Source: a cyanobacterium endosymbiont of Rhopalodia gibba (GTDB lineage: Bacteria > Cyanobacteriota > Cyanobacteriia > Cyanobacteriales > Microcystaceae). Taken from it: 64,000 bases of DNA. Under the pieces are notes generated by a model. The model did not search any database and had not been told where the DNA came from. It saw only the letters and a list, made by a program, of their open reading frames with translations. The DNA lies in the NCBI GenBank assembly GCA_045159875.1, contig CP067995.1, positions 2,272,001 to 2,336,000 on the forward strand, written 5' to 3'. Within the stretch, counting starts at the first letter, position 1. Every line of letters starts with the position of its first letter. Shown in pieces: positions 19,801 to 30,799 of the stretch. The position numbers and the translations under genes were made by a program.

Positions 19801-22761
19801 TTAAAAGGAAACTTAAATGTGTCAAATTTTGCATTTAATAAATTAGATTTTGAATCAATTTTAAAAGGAAAAATTGATTTAGTAATGGGTAAAAAGATTT
19901 CCCTTGATTTACGAGGAAAAAAAGATGTTATCACTGCCATTTTTACTTCCTGTTCACAACCAAAATGTTTATTACCTTATATACCATATTTCTTTGAAAT
20001 AAGCCAAAAATATAGAAATTCATCTCCAATCACTGTCAAAGGAAATCTTCAGAGTGATCGCCTAGTTGCTAACATTCAAAACTTCCCTTTAAAACAATTA
20101 AAATTGTCCCCAATTAGTGATTATGGTTTAACTGATTGTTTAGGAGGGAAAGTTAATCTTAATTTAGAAATTGATTCATTAACTTTAACAGGTAGAGGAA
20201 AGTTGGATATTATCAATCCTAATTTAGGTGAATTTTTTGGAGATAACTTGCAAATTAATTGGGTTTACCAGAATAACTATATCACTTTAACAAATACAAC
20301 CCTAAAATTAGGACAAAGTAGCTATAATATTAAGGGGGGAGTAGCATTAAAAACAGGAGAAATTCAAGGAAATTTGCGAGTAGATAAAGGTTATGTTCAA
20401 GAACTTTTATCCGTCCTAAAAATTTATAATTTTGACAGTCTTTTACAATTTTTACAATTTAAAAAAGATTCTTCAACACATTTTGAACAAGTGATTTCTC
20501 AGTCCGTTAAAAATATCAATACGCTTCTCTCAGAGCAAGTCAATCAGTTGTGGGAAAATGACAAAAAAATAAGGAAAGTTACTATTGAGAAACAAGCTAG
20601 TAAATTACCACAAAAATTAGATATTAAAGGTGAATTTAATGGAGAACTTTCCTTGTCAGGAACTCTTGAAAATCCAGAAATAACCTTTCAATTTGAAGGA
20701 GAAAATTGGGAATGGATATCTCAAGCATCAACTCCCTCTATCATTAATCCCTTGGGTTTTGTTCTCGAAGATTCTCCAGTAATTTCTCTTGAAAAGTTAG
20801 CAATTAAAGGGAAGTTAAAAAATGGAATGTTTAACATAAATCCCATGATCAAGCTCAATGAAAGTTTAATTCAAGCTAATCTTAACTTAACTTATGATAA
20901 TAATCAGTTTAACTTACAATCTTCAACTTTTAGTCTTAACAATCTAACTCTAGATACAGTAAGTAGCTTAATAGCTATTCCTGGAGATATTAATGGTAGT
21001 ATTGATATAGCAGGAAACCTCACTGGTAATTTATTAAAACCAGAAATTAACGGGATGTTTTCTTTAGAAAAAGTAGTTATCAATGCTCGATTACTTGGAC
21101 AAAGTTTTCAAGGTAATTTTACTTATAATGATGCAGAATTAGAACTACAAATAGATAAGCCAGATTTTATTCAAGCTCATGCTCGTCTTCCCTTACCTAT
21201 TGAAATAAATAATGACAATCGATTTAAAATCAATGTTCGACTAGGAACTGAGGCATTTTCTCTATTAGAAATAATAACTCAAGAACAAGTAAGTTGGGTT
21301 GAAGGAGAAGGAAAAATAGATCTTTATCTGAGTGGTCAAATTACTATTAACGATGAAGTAAAAGTTAGTTTTGATCCTGATAGTCAGTCAATTTTAGATT
21401 TGAATTCGATAACATTTAAAAGTTATTTGTCGCCCAATACTTTAACTATAAATGGAGAAATAGCTATACAAAATGGAAAAATAGAAGTAAATGAATTAAC
21501 AGGGATATTTGGAGAAATAACTGTTAACACTATGGGGGTGTTGCCTCTATTTTCTTCATCGCTTAAGGATATTGATAGCGCCATTCCTTTAAGCGTTACT
21601 TTAACCACAAATAAGATAAACTCTGACAATCTATATCAAGGAATTACTAATGCATTGATATTTATTAAGGGAACAGTTTTCAGTCCTATAATTGAGGGAG
21701 AAATACAGTTAAATCAGGGGAAGTTTATAGTTCCTAATTTTATTTCTGATATTTATAAAAAACCAGAATCATTAATTCCAGAAGAGTGGATAAGAAGAAT
21801 TAGTCCTCCAGAAGAAGTTGTTATTATTCCAAAATTTAATGACTTTAGAGTTTTAATTAAGGAAGTTGCAATTGAGCAAAAAGATATTAACCCAAAATTT
21901 GTTTTTAACGTCAGTGGAAATTTAAGTTTAAGTGGTCAATTAGCTAGTTTTTCCTTGCCAGGATTACTTGCTTTAAAACCGTCAGGAAAAGTTTACATCA
22001 ATAGTGGGAAGGTGGATATTCCTGTGACTCGTGTTTTTATCCCTCGTCAATCTAATAATACTATCACTTTTTTGCCACAGAAAGGGGTATTGAATCCTTA
22101 TATTGATCTAGAATTTAAACTTTATATATTGAATATTGCTTTAAGGGCAATTAATGTTAATGAAGTTGCTGATGATATTGTTCAAAGTGGTCGTTCCCAA
22201 TCAGTAGAAATTACCCTAAGAATCAAAGGAGATGCTAACCAATTACTTCCTAATCTCGGTACTAAATTGGAAGAAGTTTGTAAACTAAGGCTAGAGAATT
22301 ATCGTCCTATTCCCCAAACTTCAGCGATTGATCCTAATAAATTAAGACAATTAGCTAACTGTATCAAGGTCAATAATTTAGGAACTAATTCAATTCAAGA
22401 CTTACTACAATCTCCCATCGTTTCTTTTTCTAGTAGTCCTCGTTTAAGTAGTAGTGAGTTGCTGACGCTTTTGGGGACACAACTTCCTAATTTAGTAGAA
22501 CAATTACAGCAACAAAATTCAGCCCAATTAGTGGAAGCAGGACTACCTCAAGTAGCAGTGGTCTTGTTTCCCTTTTTACAAGATTGGCTTTTTGAACTTA
22601 ATGAAGCAACGAATCAAGTGGGAAAAGAATGGGGTATAAGAAATTTGCGCTTATATCCAGTATTAGAAAAAGTCTATGAACTTGAAGATAATTCACTAAT
22701 TCGTTTTTCTTATGATTATTCATTTAATGAGGTAATCATCCGCTATGAGAATAAATTTTAA
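16828..22761 (+). CDS. tamB: TamB/AsmA-like (DUF490) large envelope-spanning protein
   Basis: 1977 aa; N-terminal TM anchor, repeated beta-rich segments, LNPYID..FSSSPRLSSSELL, terminal RYENKF. Confidence 0.75.
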   Translation: MSQSPLPPDSTSNYLSRLLRIAKKPCSVAIGLASVTIVIIGYTGLRLFLQKYLPPWLEKQVSYLINRPVDIDELQGFSLTRLYLGSTSVPQTSDHPNQLTASRVVVHFDPIAVLFKRTLVIKIVPEDVEVELHQYSEGDLLKGEITDEIIPLKLDLTFDITNVFINVFPQNTNNILTTTLNGQVKYSEVTKAKWDYDLDLALLNSEISLEGVTVIDTKESRVKLAISKFDFSQLMPLIINSPVQLHQGDIEADLNLNFPSIERLSETKAKGEVNLDNIKGKIKYFKEPLQIVANIFFQENKILITKTQVNLGNIITSLSGQYDWNTGFDLEANISGLSWKNIWQVYPIKLPIKIEGELQAKLNLIGTFNAPLLRGKIQNKKNIKIAQTQFKKITFDFQSNLDNFLFKDLLIIPEVGGWIVAQGMAKPKIIQSLINGSAIDWNDIPFKLIFETELPSKKIVNDYYQLPREVNLNHLKVQGNINGSFANLKGFIKWNTAGSLNRDNTKIISQGNILIEKNDVDLKNIELVTQRGRLIINGSGNLKNKKWQAHLNSNFLDLTPFTSTICSVKYTKCPNNIFLKNANVKIGVDLNKPWKKSVNLLSNLALVLDDGNLVINTQLQQAKFTTSITGLKLPFKLLLANIFIPVTLRKYQFNLSGNIEEILQKSTIDVNAIQGNSNLEVEIAKSPLNVQITWQNGAFKGKAELRSLSLNQFVPQLAIPVQLINSKINFLGSLQSLLFLSETPNFNDFQVNADTQFKLADGTITANSKLNQGQITVNAIATPLSVPNLLPQVSIPIKVRKTNINLIAYLPDLLAFDLNRVQGSAQLELGVTKKEITTSIQLINNQWQTNIVANQLDLSTWKNQLFFKKIIEPIDARINLSGTLGSLLSPDSIIPIQATNILVEIGQQKIKANGNITLTNILDSPDVTSVNLNVETQVDLKVLPVTDFLSKIIIYKQLLPQALDLTGKVKFKGNLVAKNLLTSSIFNENLQLKGNLNVSNFAFNKLDFESILKGKIDLVMGKKISLDLRGKKDVITAIFTSCSQPKCLLPYIPYFFEISQKYRNSSPITVKGNLQSDRLVANIQNFPLKQLKLSPISDYGLTDCLGGKVNLNLEIDSLTLTGRGKLDIINPNLGEFFGDNLQINWVYQNNYITLTNTTLKLGQSSYNIKGGVALKTGEIQGNLRVDKGYVQELLSVLKIYNFDSLLQFLQFKKDSSTHFEQVISQSVKNINTLLSEQVNQLWENDKKIRKVTIEKQASKLPQKLDIKGEFNGELSLSGTLENPEITFQFEGENWEWISQASTPSIINPLGFVLEDSPVISLEKLAIKGKLKNGMFNINPMIKLNESLIQANLNLTYDNNQFNLQSSTFSLNNLTLDTVSSLIAIPGDINGSIDIAGNLTGNLLKPEINGMFSLEKVVINARLLGQSFQGNFTYNDAELELQIDKPDFIQAHARLPLPIEINNDNRFKINVRLGTEAFSLLEIITQEQVSWVEGEGKIDLYLSGQITINDEVKVSFDPDSQSILDLNSITFKSYLSPNTLTINGEIAIQNGKIEVNELTGIFGEITVNTMGVLPLFSSSLKDIDSAIPLSVTLTTNKINSDNLYQGITNALIFIKGTVFSPIIEGEIQLNQGKFIVPNFISDIYKKPESLIPEEWIRRISPPEEVVIIPKFNDFRVLIKEVAIEQKDINPKFVFNVSGNLSLSGQLASFSLPGLLALKPSGKVYINSGKVDIPVTRVFIPRQSNNTITFLPQKGVLNPYIDLEFKLYILNIALRAINVNEVADDIVQSGRSQSVEITLRIKGDANQLLPNLGTKLEEVCKLRLENYRPIPQTSAIDPNKLRQLANCIKVNNLGTNSIQDLLQSPIVSFSSSPRLSSSELLTLLGTQLPNLVEQLQQQNSAQLVEAGLPQVAVVLFPFLQDWLFELNEATNQVGKEWGIRNLRLYPVLEKVYELEDNSLIRFSYDYSFNEVIIRYENKF

Positions 22762-22877
22762 GACAACTTAAAACTCAGATTGTGTATGTCGTCAAACATC
22801 CACTTGTTTCAGCCAAAAAGAGGAAATAGGTGATAGTGAATAGTTATCAAAATTAATAATGTTTCCATCACTAATTT

Positions 22878-23245
22878 AAAGTGAGTTCGACGAGTTCTAA
22901 AAACACGGTTATTATTCTCAATATTTGATTTTAAATACAACGAGGTTGACGAGCATCCAAAATAGTAACTGTAAACAACTGTTTAGGAACAGCAGAAGGC
23001 TAGGCTAACTTATATTTTGATCCTTGAATGATATAAAAATTTTTTCGAGTAAATGAATATAAGCAATAAGTCAAACTAAAAAGTTTATAAAAAAATATAA
23101 ACACTCTAACTTGTTAAATGTTCAATTTGAAAAACATTTTAAGTTGGCTGTTAACTGTTTCAATAAAAGAAAGTCTACGAAGTAAAGTTCAATCAATCAG
23201 TTTTACTAACTTTTTCTCTTCCTAAAATTTCGTCAAACTCACATT
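22878..23245. mobile_element. 368-bp MITE, family B copy 1 (IS982-like terminal repeats)
   Basis: TIRs aaagtgagttcgacga / tcgtcaaactcacatt (14/16 match); internal blocks recur at 37884..38177. Confidence 0.7.
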
Positions 23246-23298
23246 TTGTTTCTTAAGTTTTTTTCTTGCTGGTGTAAAATCTCAGTTCAATAAGCCTT

Positions 23299-23330
23299 GA
23301 AAATCCCGACTTGTAAAAGGTCAGGGTTTC
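23299..23330 (-). terminator. Imperfect hairpin downstream of dnaK
   Basis: gaaaatcccgacttgtaaaaggtcagggtttc, about 30 nt past the dnaK stop. Confidence 0.45.
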
Positions 23331-23357
23331 CAAAACTTAAACTAGACGAGAAGTAAA

Positions 23358-25271
23358 TTATTTAGTTTCTGAAAATTCAGCATCAATTACATCATCGCCA
23401 CCTTCGGAAGAATCACTAGAACCCTTCCCACCCCCAGGTGTTGCGCCGTCAGGAGGAGTTGGTCCACCAGCTTGTTGATAGACACTAGTCCCAATACTAT
23501 AGAGAAGTTGCTGTAAATCTGGCATGACGGTTTTGATGGTGTCTTCATCTTCTCTGTTGATAGCTTCTCTGAGTTGACTAATCAACCCTTCAGCCTTAGT
23601 TTTATCAGCTGCAGGGATTTTATCGCCCAATTCTTTGAGTTGCTTATCGGCTTGATAGACCAAAGAGTCAGCCTCATTTTTGCGGTCAATTTTCTCTCGA
23701 CGCTCCTTATCCGTTGCAGCATTTGCTTCAGCTTCTTGTACCATGCGATCAACTTCTGAATCAGGTAAGGTAGAAGCCCCAGTAATGCTAATAGATTGTT
23801 CTTTACCTGTTCCTTTATCTTTTGCAGTTACATTAAGGATACCGTCCGCATTAATATCAAAGGTAACTTCAATTTGAGGAACGCCACGGGGTGCAGGAGG
23901 AATACCATCAAGACGAAAAGTTCCTAAACTTTTGTTATCCCGCGACATTTCCCGTTCTCCTTGAAGAACACTAATCTCTACATTTGCTTGTCCATCTTGT
24001 GCAGTGGAAAATACCTCAGATTTTTTGGTAGGGATGGTAGTGTTACGGGGGATAATTTTGGTCATGACACCACCAAGGGTTTCTACCCCAAGAGATAAGG
24101 GTGTTACGTCAAGGAGCAGAATGTCCTTAACTTCTCCAGCTAGGACACCCCCTTGAATTGCTGCACCTACAGCAACTACTTCATCTGGGTTAACTCCTTG
24201 ATTGGGGTCTTTTCCTAAAACTTTTTTAACTAATTCTTGCACAGCAGGAATTCGAGTAGAACCACCGACTAAGACGACTTCGTCAATATCGCTATTGCTG
24301 ACCTTGGCATCCTTCATGGAATTTTGCACAGGAATCCCACAACGATCAATTAAGTCAGAACAGAGGTCTTCAAATTTAGCTCGTGTCAAAGTTGTATCAA
24401 GATGCTTAGGTCCTTCTTGAGTAGCTGTGATAAAAGGAAGGTTAATTTCAGCCTGAGTAACGCCAGATAATTCAATTTTTGCTTTCTCTGCAGCTTCTGT
24501 AAGACGTTGTAGAGCTTGTTTATCTTTTCTTAAGTCTACTCCTTCTTTTGCCTTGAATTCTGCAGCTAAGTAGTCCACAATTTTTTTATCGAAATCGTCT
24601 CCTCCTAGATGAGTATCTCCAGAAGTGGCTAGGACTTCAAAAACACCATCTCCGACTTCTAGGATAGAAACGTCAAATGTCCCTCCCCCTAAATCAAATA
24701 CCAAAATAGTTTCGTTACTTTTTTTATCTAACCCGTAAGCCAAAGATGCTGCAGTAGGTTCGTTGATAATACGTTTAACTTCAATTCCAGCAATTCTCCC
24801 CGCATCTTTGGTCGCTTGACGCTGAGAGTCGTTAAAGTATGCGGGAACGGTGATAACTGCTTCTGTAACTGTTTCTCCTAAATATTTACTTGCATCGTCC
24901 ACTAATTTACGGAGAACTTGGGCAGAAATTTCCTCAGGGGCAAATTGTTTACTTTGCGATGGACAATCTAATTTAACGTTACCATTGCTATCTTTATCAA
25001 CTTTGTAGGAGACTTCAGTGCTTTCAGTGTTGACTTCGCTGTGTTTACGTCCGATGAAGCGTTTAACGGAATAAAATGTATTTTCAGGATTCATCACCGC
25101 TTGACGCTTAGCAATTTGTCCTACTAAGCGATCACCATTCTTGGCATAAGCTACCACTGAGGGGGTGGTACGAAATCCTTCTGTATTGGCAATAACAGTA
25201 GGTTTTCCTCCTTCCATAACCGCCACGCACGAGTTAGTAGTTCCTAAGTCAATTCCAACAATTTTTCCCAT
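23358..25271 (-). CDS. dnaK: Chaperone DnaK (DnaK2-type)
   Basis: [20 protein letters not shown]-terminal [10 protein letters not shown]. Confidence 0.98.
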   Translation of the reverse strand: MGKIVGIDLGTTNSCVAVMEGGKPTVIANTEGFRTTPSVVAYAKNGDRLVGQIAKRQAVMNPENTFYSVKRFIGRKHSEVNTESTEVSYKVDKDSNGNVKLDCPSQSKQFAPEEISAQVLRKLVDDASKYLGETVTEAVITVPAYFNDSQRQATKDAGRIAGIEVKRIINEPTAASLAYGLDKKSNETILVFDLGGGTFDVSILEVGDGVFEVLATSGDTHLGGDDFDKKIVDYLAAEFKAKEGVDLRKDKQALQRLTEAAEKAKIELSGVTQAEINLPFITATQEGPKHLDTTLTRAKFEDLCSDLIDRCGIPVQNSMKDAKVSNSDIDEVVLVGGSTRIPAVQELVKKVLGKDPNQGVNPDEVVAVGAAIQGGVLAGEVKDILLLDVTPLSLGVETLGGVMTKIIPRNTTIPTKKSEVFSTAQDGQANVEISVLQGEREMSRDNKSLGTFRLDGIPPAPRGVPQIEVTFDINADGILNVTAKDKGTGKEQSISITGASTLPDSEVDRMVQEAEANAATDKERREKIDRKNEADSLVYQADKQLKELGDKIPAADKTKAEGLISQLREAINREDEDTIKTVMPDLQQLLYSIGTSVYQQAGGPTPPDGATPGGGKGSSDSSEGGDDVIDAEFSETK

Positions 25272-25409
25272 ATTAAATACAACTCCAAGATAACTATAAG
25301 AATGAACTGATACTGAACTTGAATAAAAACCATATAATACTTCAGGAATTATGTTAGGTAAGTTCAGTCACCCATATCTATAGTGACGGTAGTAGGTCAG
25401 TCTTCGGTA

Positions 25410-25425
25410 GTGTAGTTTTCCGAAC
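25410..25425 (-). promoter_or_regulatory. K-box upstream of dnaK
   Basis: Minus strand GTTCGG-AAAA-CTACAC against the cyanobacterial K-box GTTCGG-NNAN-CCNNAC (1 mismatch), about 140 nt upstream of dnaK. Confidence 0.6.
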
Positions 25426-26934
25426 CTAAGATGACGGGTGGAAAAACCGACAAAAAGTAAAATACAAAGGTAAAAGGTAAAAAGTTTAAGTTAACTGAGT
25501 ATAAAAAGCATGTAATTTCCGCAATTTATTTTTATATTTTTATAATGAATCAAAAACAACCTTATCATTTTAAAATGATACTTTTTTTAAAAAAATTTAT
25601 TTTTTTTGTTTGACTGTAGCACTAACTTAATAATTTTTTAAAAAATTGCAATAAAAATAGATAATTATACTAATTGATGTGGAATTAACTAGTAAAATAT
25701 AAAATTCAAACCCTTCAGAATTTAAAAGATACAAAATTTTCTAACATATTAGCTGGCTTTATTAGTCAACTTAATTTTATCATTAATACTTTGTACTGAT
25801 TTTGGGTTATTATAGATAATAATTTTATTGTTTAATACATAATTATGCTACAGTATATATCCGTATATAACATAATTTAAAATACTAAAAACTTATTAAG
25901 AATTAATATTTTTATCTTATTTTTTATAATAAATTTTATTAAATTTCTCTTCCAATAAAAATCTTTAAAAGCAATAGTTAAATCTTGCACGTTCATAAAA
26001 TTTAACTTTTTATTTTCTATTGTTTTTATTTCAGTAACAATATATTTACAACTACACCATATGCAATGACTATCTATTCCTAGATAGATACAGAATATTT
26101 GACAAATGTAATTTTTTTTATGATTTTATCCGTAATAATCGTCTATACAATAATTTTTTTTGAGATAGCTCTACATTTTTAGAGCAATGTTAATCAAATA
26201 AATTCAGCTATTTTATATTTACTCTTAGAATTTCATTTCATAAGAGTTTTTTAGTTAGTAATTTGATAAATCAGTAGATACATGACTATCTATAGTCCTG
26301 TACTACCATAGATAGCAGTTTGTCTTTTTTTTATGAGACTCGAAACTTTTTTTCTGATTGGCTTTAATCGTACTTTAAGTTCATCAAAACATTTAACTAG
26401 ATATTTTTTCTAGGGTTTTAAGTTTTAAACTCTCAAAACTCAAGGCAATGACTAACGCTCAACGGATGGTATTAAATCAGGTGTATGAGACCTTATAGCT
26501 AGAAGTTATTGATCTGGGTTATCTTTCAATCAAAAGCTCGCCCTGAAAATCTTTGATCCTTTCTGCTAAAAATTAGGATATCTATCAAAGGGAACAAATC
26601 TCGATTATCGACTTATCTCAACCTGAGAATCTAGCTGGTATTTAGAGTATTTCGAGCAAAAATACCATTAAAATTATAGTACTAGTGCCTTTTTAAAAAT
26701 ATAGAGAAATTTGGGTAACTCTCTAGATACATCCCTGTTAACATAACATCCTTATACTTGGAATTACTCCATGCGTAATTCACTCTTGTTTTCAGGGAAC
26801 TTGTCAGCTATCAGTTTTTGTTAGGTCTTCTTAAGATAAAGATTAAACTTTACTCATGGTAACTTTTAGGGTCATTTTGATGATTGTGTGTTAAGAATAA
26901 CTAAAAGAACCCCCTCACCCGCCCACTTTAACCA

Positions 26935-28179
26935 GTGACTATTTTTAATACCTTTAAGTCTCTTGACCGAGATAAACGACGCAACCTTTCACTTTTATTT
27001 AGTACAGATCTGCTATTTTGGACGAGTTTGACGAGTCTTCTTCCCACCTTACCTCTTTATATAGAAGATATTGGTGGGACAACGACTCAAGTTGGGTTAG
27101 TCATGGGAAGTTTCGCTATTGGGTTAGTTTGTTCTCGCACTGGGTTAGGATACTTAGCTGATGGGCATAGTCGTAAATTAGTGGTTCGTATTGGTATGTT
27201 AGTTGCCACACTTGCTCCTATCGGCTATCTTTTAGTTCAGTCTGTTTGGTCACTGATGGCTATTCGCACCTTTCATGGCATCAGTTTAGCTGCTTTTAGC
27301 ACCGGTTATAGTACGTTGGTAATAGATTTATCTCCTATTAAACAGCGAGGACAACTTATAGGTTATATGAATTTAGGAGCTCCAATTGGTATGGCAATTG
27401 GCCCAGCCATGGGGACTTTTTTAAAGGAGTCTCGGGGGTACCAATCGTTCTTTCTAACAACTGCTGGCATTGGATTTTGGGGTTATTTACTCGCTTCTCA
27501 AATTAAGGAAAAACCCCGGAATCGTGACATAAACGTAGACTCAACGATATCTGATGTACATCCTCGAAATTTTAGGCAATTGTTAAGTAGTCCCTCAATC
27601 TTGGTTCCGGCTCTCATTCTATTATTGATTGGGTCAGTCTTTGGGACGTTGGTGGCGTTTTTACCGCTATTTTTACGGGAAACTGCCTTTGGATTAAGTG
27701 CTGGCTTGTTTTACACGACCGTTGCTGTTGCGAGTTTTATTATGCGGGTTGTTTCAGCACAAGCGTCTGAGCGCTATAGAGGACTGTTTATTACTGTTAG
27801 TCTTGTTTGTTACGTAACTTCTATGGGTTTGTTAACCCAAGCTCACAGTGCCAGGGACTTACTTCTAGGAGCTATTTTTGAAGGAATGGGGGCGGGAATG
27901 TTAATTCCCATGATGATTTTGCTTATTTCTGATCGGTCTTCTCCTTCTGAACGTGGTCGAGTTTATTCGGTATGTATGGGAGGATTTGACTTAGGACTAG
28001 CCATAGCTGGTACAATTTTGGGAATTTTGGGACAAATGATAAATTATCGTTCCATGTTTGCTTTAGCTGGTAGTTTGGCTATCATCGCTATGATAATATT
28101 TATGAGTCAGTCCAATAAAAGTCTCAAACATTCCCTAGGCTTTGCTTTGGGACAGGAAAAGGATTTATATTCTCAGTAA
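26935..28179 (+). CDS. MFS transporter
   Basis: About 12 hydrophobic helices; GYLADGHSRK motif A variant. Confidence 0.9.
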   Translation: MTIFNTFKSLDRDKRRNLSLLFSTDLLFWTSLTSLLPTLPLYIEDIGGTTTQVGLVMGSFAIGLVCSRTGLGYLADGHSRKLVVRIGMLVATLAPIGYLLVQSVWSLMAIRTFHGISLAAFSTGYSTLVIDLSPIKQRGQLIGYMNLGAPIGMAIGPAMGTFLKESRGYQSFFLTTAGIGFWGYLLASQIKEKPRNRDINVDSTISDVHPRNFRQLLSSPSILVPALILLLIGSVFGTLVAFLPLFLRETAFGLSAGLFYTTVAVASFIMRVVSAQASERYRGLFITVSLVCYVTSMGLLTQAHSARDLLLGAIFEGMGAGMLIPMMILLISDRSSPSERGRVYSVCMGGFDLGLAIAGTILGILGQMINYRSMFALAGSLAIIAMIIFMSQSNKSLKHSLGFALGQEKDLYSQ

Positions 28180-28336
28180 AAGAATTAGGCTGAGCAATCA
28201 ACCCCATCAATTTTTTTTAGGAATTAATTTTTAAATGTCTAGCTTTAAGATGGGGTTTCTTCTACACACTGATGTAATTAGATGTTAATTTACGGTATAT
28301 TTAATCTATTTAACTTAATTAAATCTATTTATCTGA

Positions 28337-29488
28337 ATGCATATTGCTTGGCTAGGGAAAAAATCCCCTTTCTGTGGAAATGTTACCTATGGTCGGGAAG
28401 TGACTAATGCCCTTCTAGACCGAGGATATAACGTTAGTTTTCTTCATTTTGCTCAAGAGGAAGTTCATTCTTCTAATTGGCCCGATTGTCCGGAAGTTTT
28501 TCTTCCTTTTCTATATAAATCCCAAATTTATACGATTCCAACGCCAAGATCAAACAAAATTTTGATGCAGTCTTTGGAAGAGCTTAAACCTGATTTGGTT
28601 CATGCCTCTCTAACCCTTTCCCCTTTAGATTTTCGACTTCCTGAAATTTGTCAAGCTCTCAATTTGCCTCTAATAGCAACCTTCCATCCTGCCTTTGATA
28701 GTAAACTTCGTAATCTTAAATCAAGTACTCAATTTTTGACTTATCAATTCTATGCACCGTTTTTGGCTCACTATGATAAAGTCATCGTTTTTTCTCAATT
28801 ACAACAAAATTTACTAATTAAACTAGGAGTTCCCACTGAAAAATTAGCGGTGATTCCCAATGGGGTACATACAGACAAGTATTCTCCCGGTATTTCTCAC
28901 TTAAAATCTAAATTTTTTGCTAAACGTCTTTTTGTTTATGTGGGACGTATCGCTACCGAAAAAAATGTTGAAGCTTTACTCAAGGCTTGGAAACATACTA
29001 AAATGGGATCGAAAAGTAAATTACTCATAGTGGGAGACGGTCCCTTAAAAGCTTCGTTAGAACTATTTTACGGAACCGAGTGTGGTGTTCATTGGTTAGG
29101 TTTTGTTGCTGATGAACAACAACGCATAGACATCCTGCGAGGAGCTGACGTGTTTGTCCTTCCCTCGTTAGTGGAGGGATTGTCTCTATCCCTTCTTGAA
29201 GCCATGTCCTGTGGGCTAGCTTGTGTGGCGACGGATGCAGGGGCAGATGGAGAAGTCTTGGCTGATGGAGCGGGAATTGTGCTTAACACTCAGGGCGTGA
29301 CCACTCAATTAAAAACGTTGCTCCCTTTATTTCAAGATCACCCCGACATCACTCAACTTTTAGGACAAAAAGCAAGACAACGAGTTTTAGAAAAATATAA
29401 CCTCAGTGATAACATTATCCATTTGGAAGAAATATACACTCAGGTAGTACAACAGTCCAGTTTTACTATTCTGGGTTCTTTATTTTAA
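28337..29488 (+). CDS. dgdA: GT4 glycosyltransferase, probable digalactosyldiacylglycerol synthase
   Basis: MHIAWLGKKSPFCGNVTYGRE N terminus recalled for cyanobacterial DgdA/Ycf82; EGLSLSLLEAM GT4 motif. Confidence 0.7.
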   Translation: MHIAWLGKKSPFCGNVTYGREVTNALLDRGYNVSFLHFAQEEVHSSNWPDCPEVFLPFLYKSQIYTIPTPRSNKILMQSLEELKPDLVHASLTLSPLDFRLPEICQALNLPLIATFHPAFDSKLRNLKSSTQFLTYQFYAPFLAHYDKVIVFSQLQQNLLIKLGVPTEKLAVIPNGVHTDKYSPGISHLKSKFFAKRLFVYVGRIATEKNVEALLKAWKHTKMGSKSKLLIVGDGPLKASLELFYGTECGVHWLGFVADEQQRIDILRGADVFVLPSLVEGLSLSLLEAMSCGLACVATDAGADGEVLADGAGIVLNTQGVTTQLKTLLPLFQDHPDITQLLGQKARQRVLEKYNLSDNIIHLEEIYTQVVQQSSFTILGSLF

Positions 29489-29638
29489 AGTTTGAATAAA
29501 GAGTAACTATCGTCTCAAATTGAGACTTTTATTGTCGGTAAATTACTTCGTTGAAATCTCTCCATAGAAAATTTAAAGCTATAGTCAAACTGTATAGCAT
29601 AGTATAATTTGACTAGAATTACAGCAAATAATTTCATT

Positions 29639-30792
29639 ATGAGGCAATCACCCATCGCTTTCCTTGTCCCTTTTCGAGGAAAGCGATGGGTGATTGCCTC
29701 GAGTATACTAGTATTACTAGCTGTAGTAACCACACGAATTTACACTCTTAAATCAACCCAAAGCCAGTCATTGAAATCAGTCATCTCCCTCCCAACAATT
29801 AATTGTACCGTCTCAGATATAGTCACGAAGAAGGTAGAAGTGGACTAGCAAACGGTTAGTCTGTCCCAAATAAATTTAGCCATTGTCAAAACAGATAGAC
29901 AATTAAAGAAATTTAAATGCCAAAATCTGCGACTAAATGCCTAGAAGCTAAAATTAGCTAGGAAATGACCACTAATTCAGTGTACTTTTGCACGTCTCAA
30001 AAAGGAATAATTGGAGAAAACAGCAATAAAGCATTATCATTAAACGCTTAGAAGCTAAATTAAAAGATGTACAATAGGAATATAGAAGCTATAAAGTCTT
30101 AGCTATTAATCGGATAGTTTCTCACTTTGAGTTAGATAAGCGTCAGTTATCTTTGGGTAAAGTTAAAGATAACTTGACAGAAGTTTAAGAAAAACTAAAC
30201 ATGATTATTAATATTCTTAGCGAATAAATTGAAGAAAAAAAAACCCAATTTACCCAAAGATAAATGATTTAACTCGAGCGATAAAATAGACAAAAGGCCT
30301 TGAGTCGTATCGTTGAAGTTTATGCTGTCGATGTCTAAAAAGTCCGGGTGTAAATAAATAAAGTCGTAGCTGAACTAAAAGAAGCTCAAGCTAATTTATA
30401 TTTATGGAATATTAAAGCTCCCAAGGATAGTGAAGTTCTGAAAATTCATCGCTATCTGGGGGAAAAGGTTGATGATACTAATGAAATTGCTAAATTAGCA
30501 TAGACTAATAAAATTAATGGTGATTGCTGAAGTGTATGAAGGTGATATTCATCATGTCAAGGTTAATCAACTAAGTAAAGTCAAAAGTGAAAACAATACC
30601 GTTCCTAGAGAACTTCAAAAAACTATACAGGAAATTGGCTTACGGATTAATAAAAAATATTTCTGAAAAACTGGTCTTCTGGTTGATGCAGACGTCAGAG
30701 TAATTACAATAAAAATTGTCCTCGATGCTAAATCGAGTCAGCCAATTTATAGGTCAACTTGAGTTCAATTTATCGCTAATATCCTAGGATTA
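29639..30792 (+). pseudogene. devB: DevB/HlyD-family membrane fusion protein, disrupted
   Basis: N-terminal TM, then NIKAPKDSEVLKIH..GEKV, MVIAEVYEGDI..VKVNQ and DADVRVI.IKI fragments broken by stops and frameshifts. Confidence 0.8.
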
Positions 30793-30799
30793 ATTTTTT

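Noticed and set aside
26448..26696. Broken plus-strand frame MTNAQRMVLNQVYETL*...
   Set aside because: Probably a pseudogene, but the family is unrecognisable by eye.
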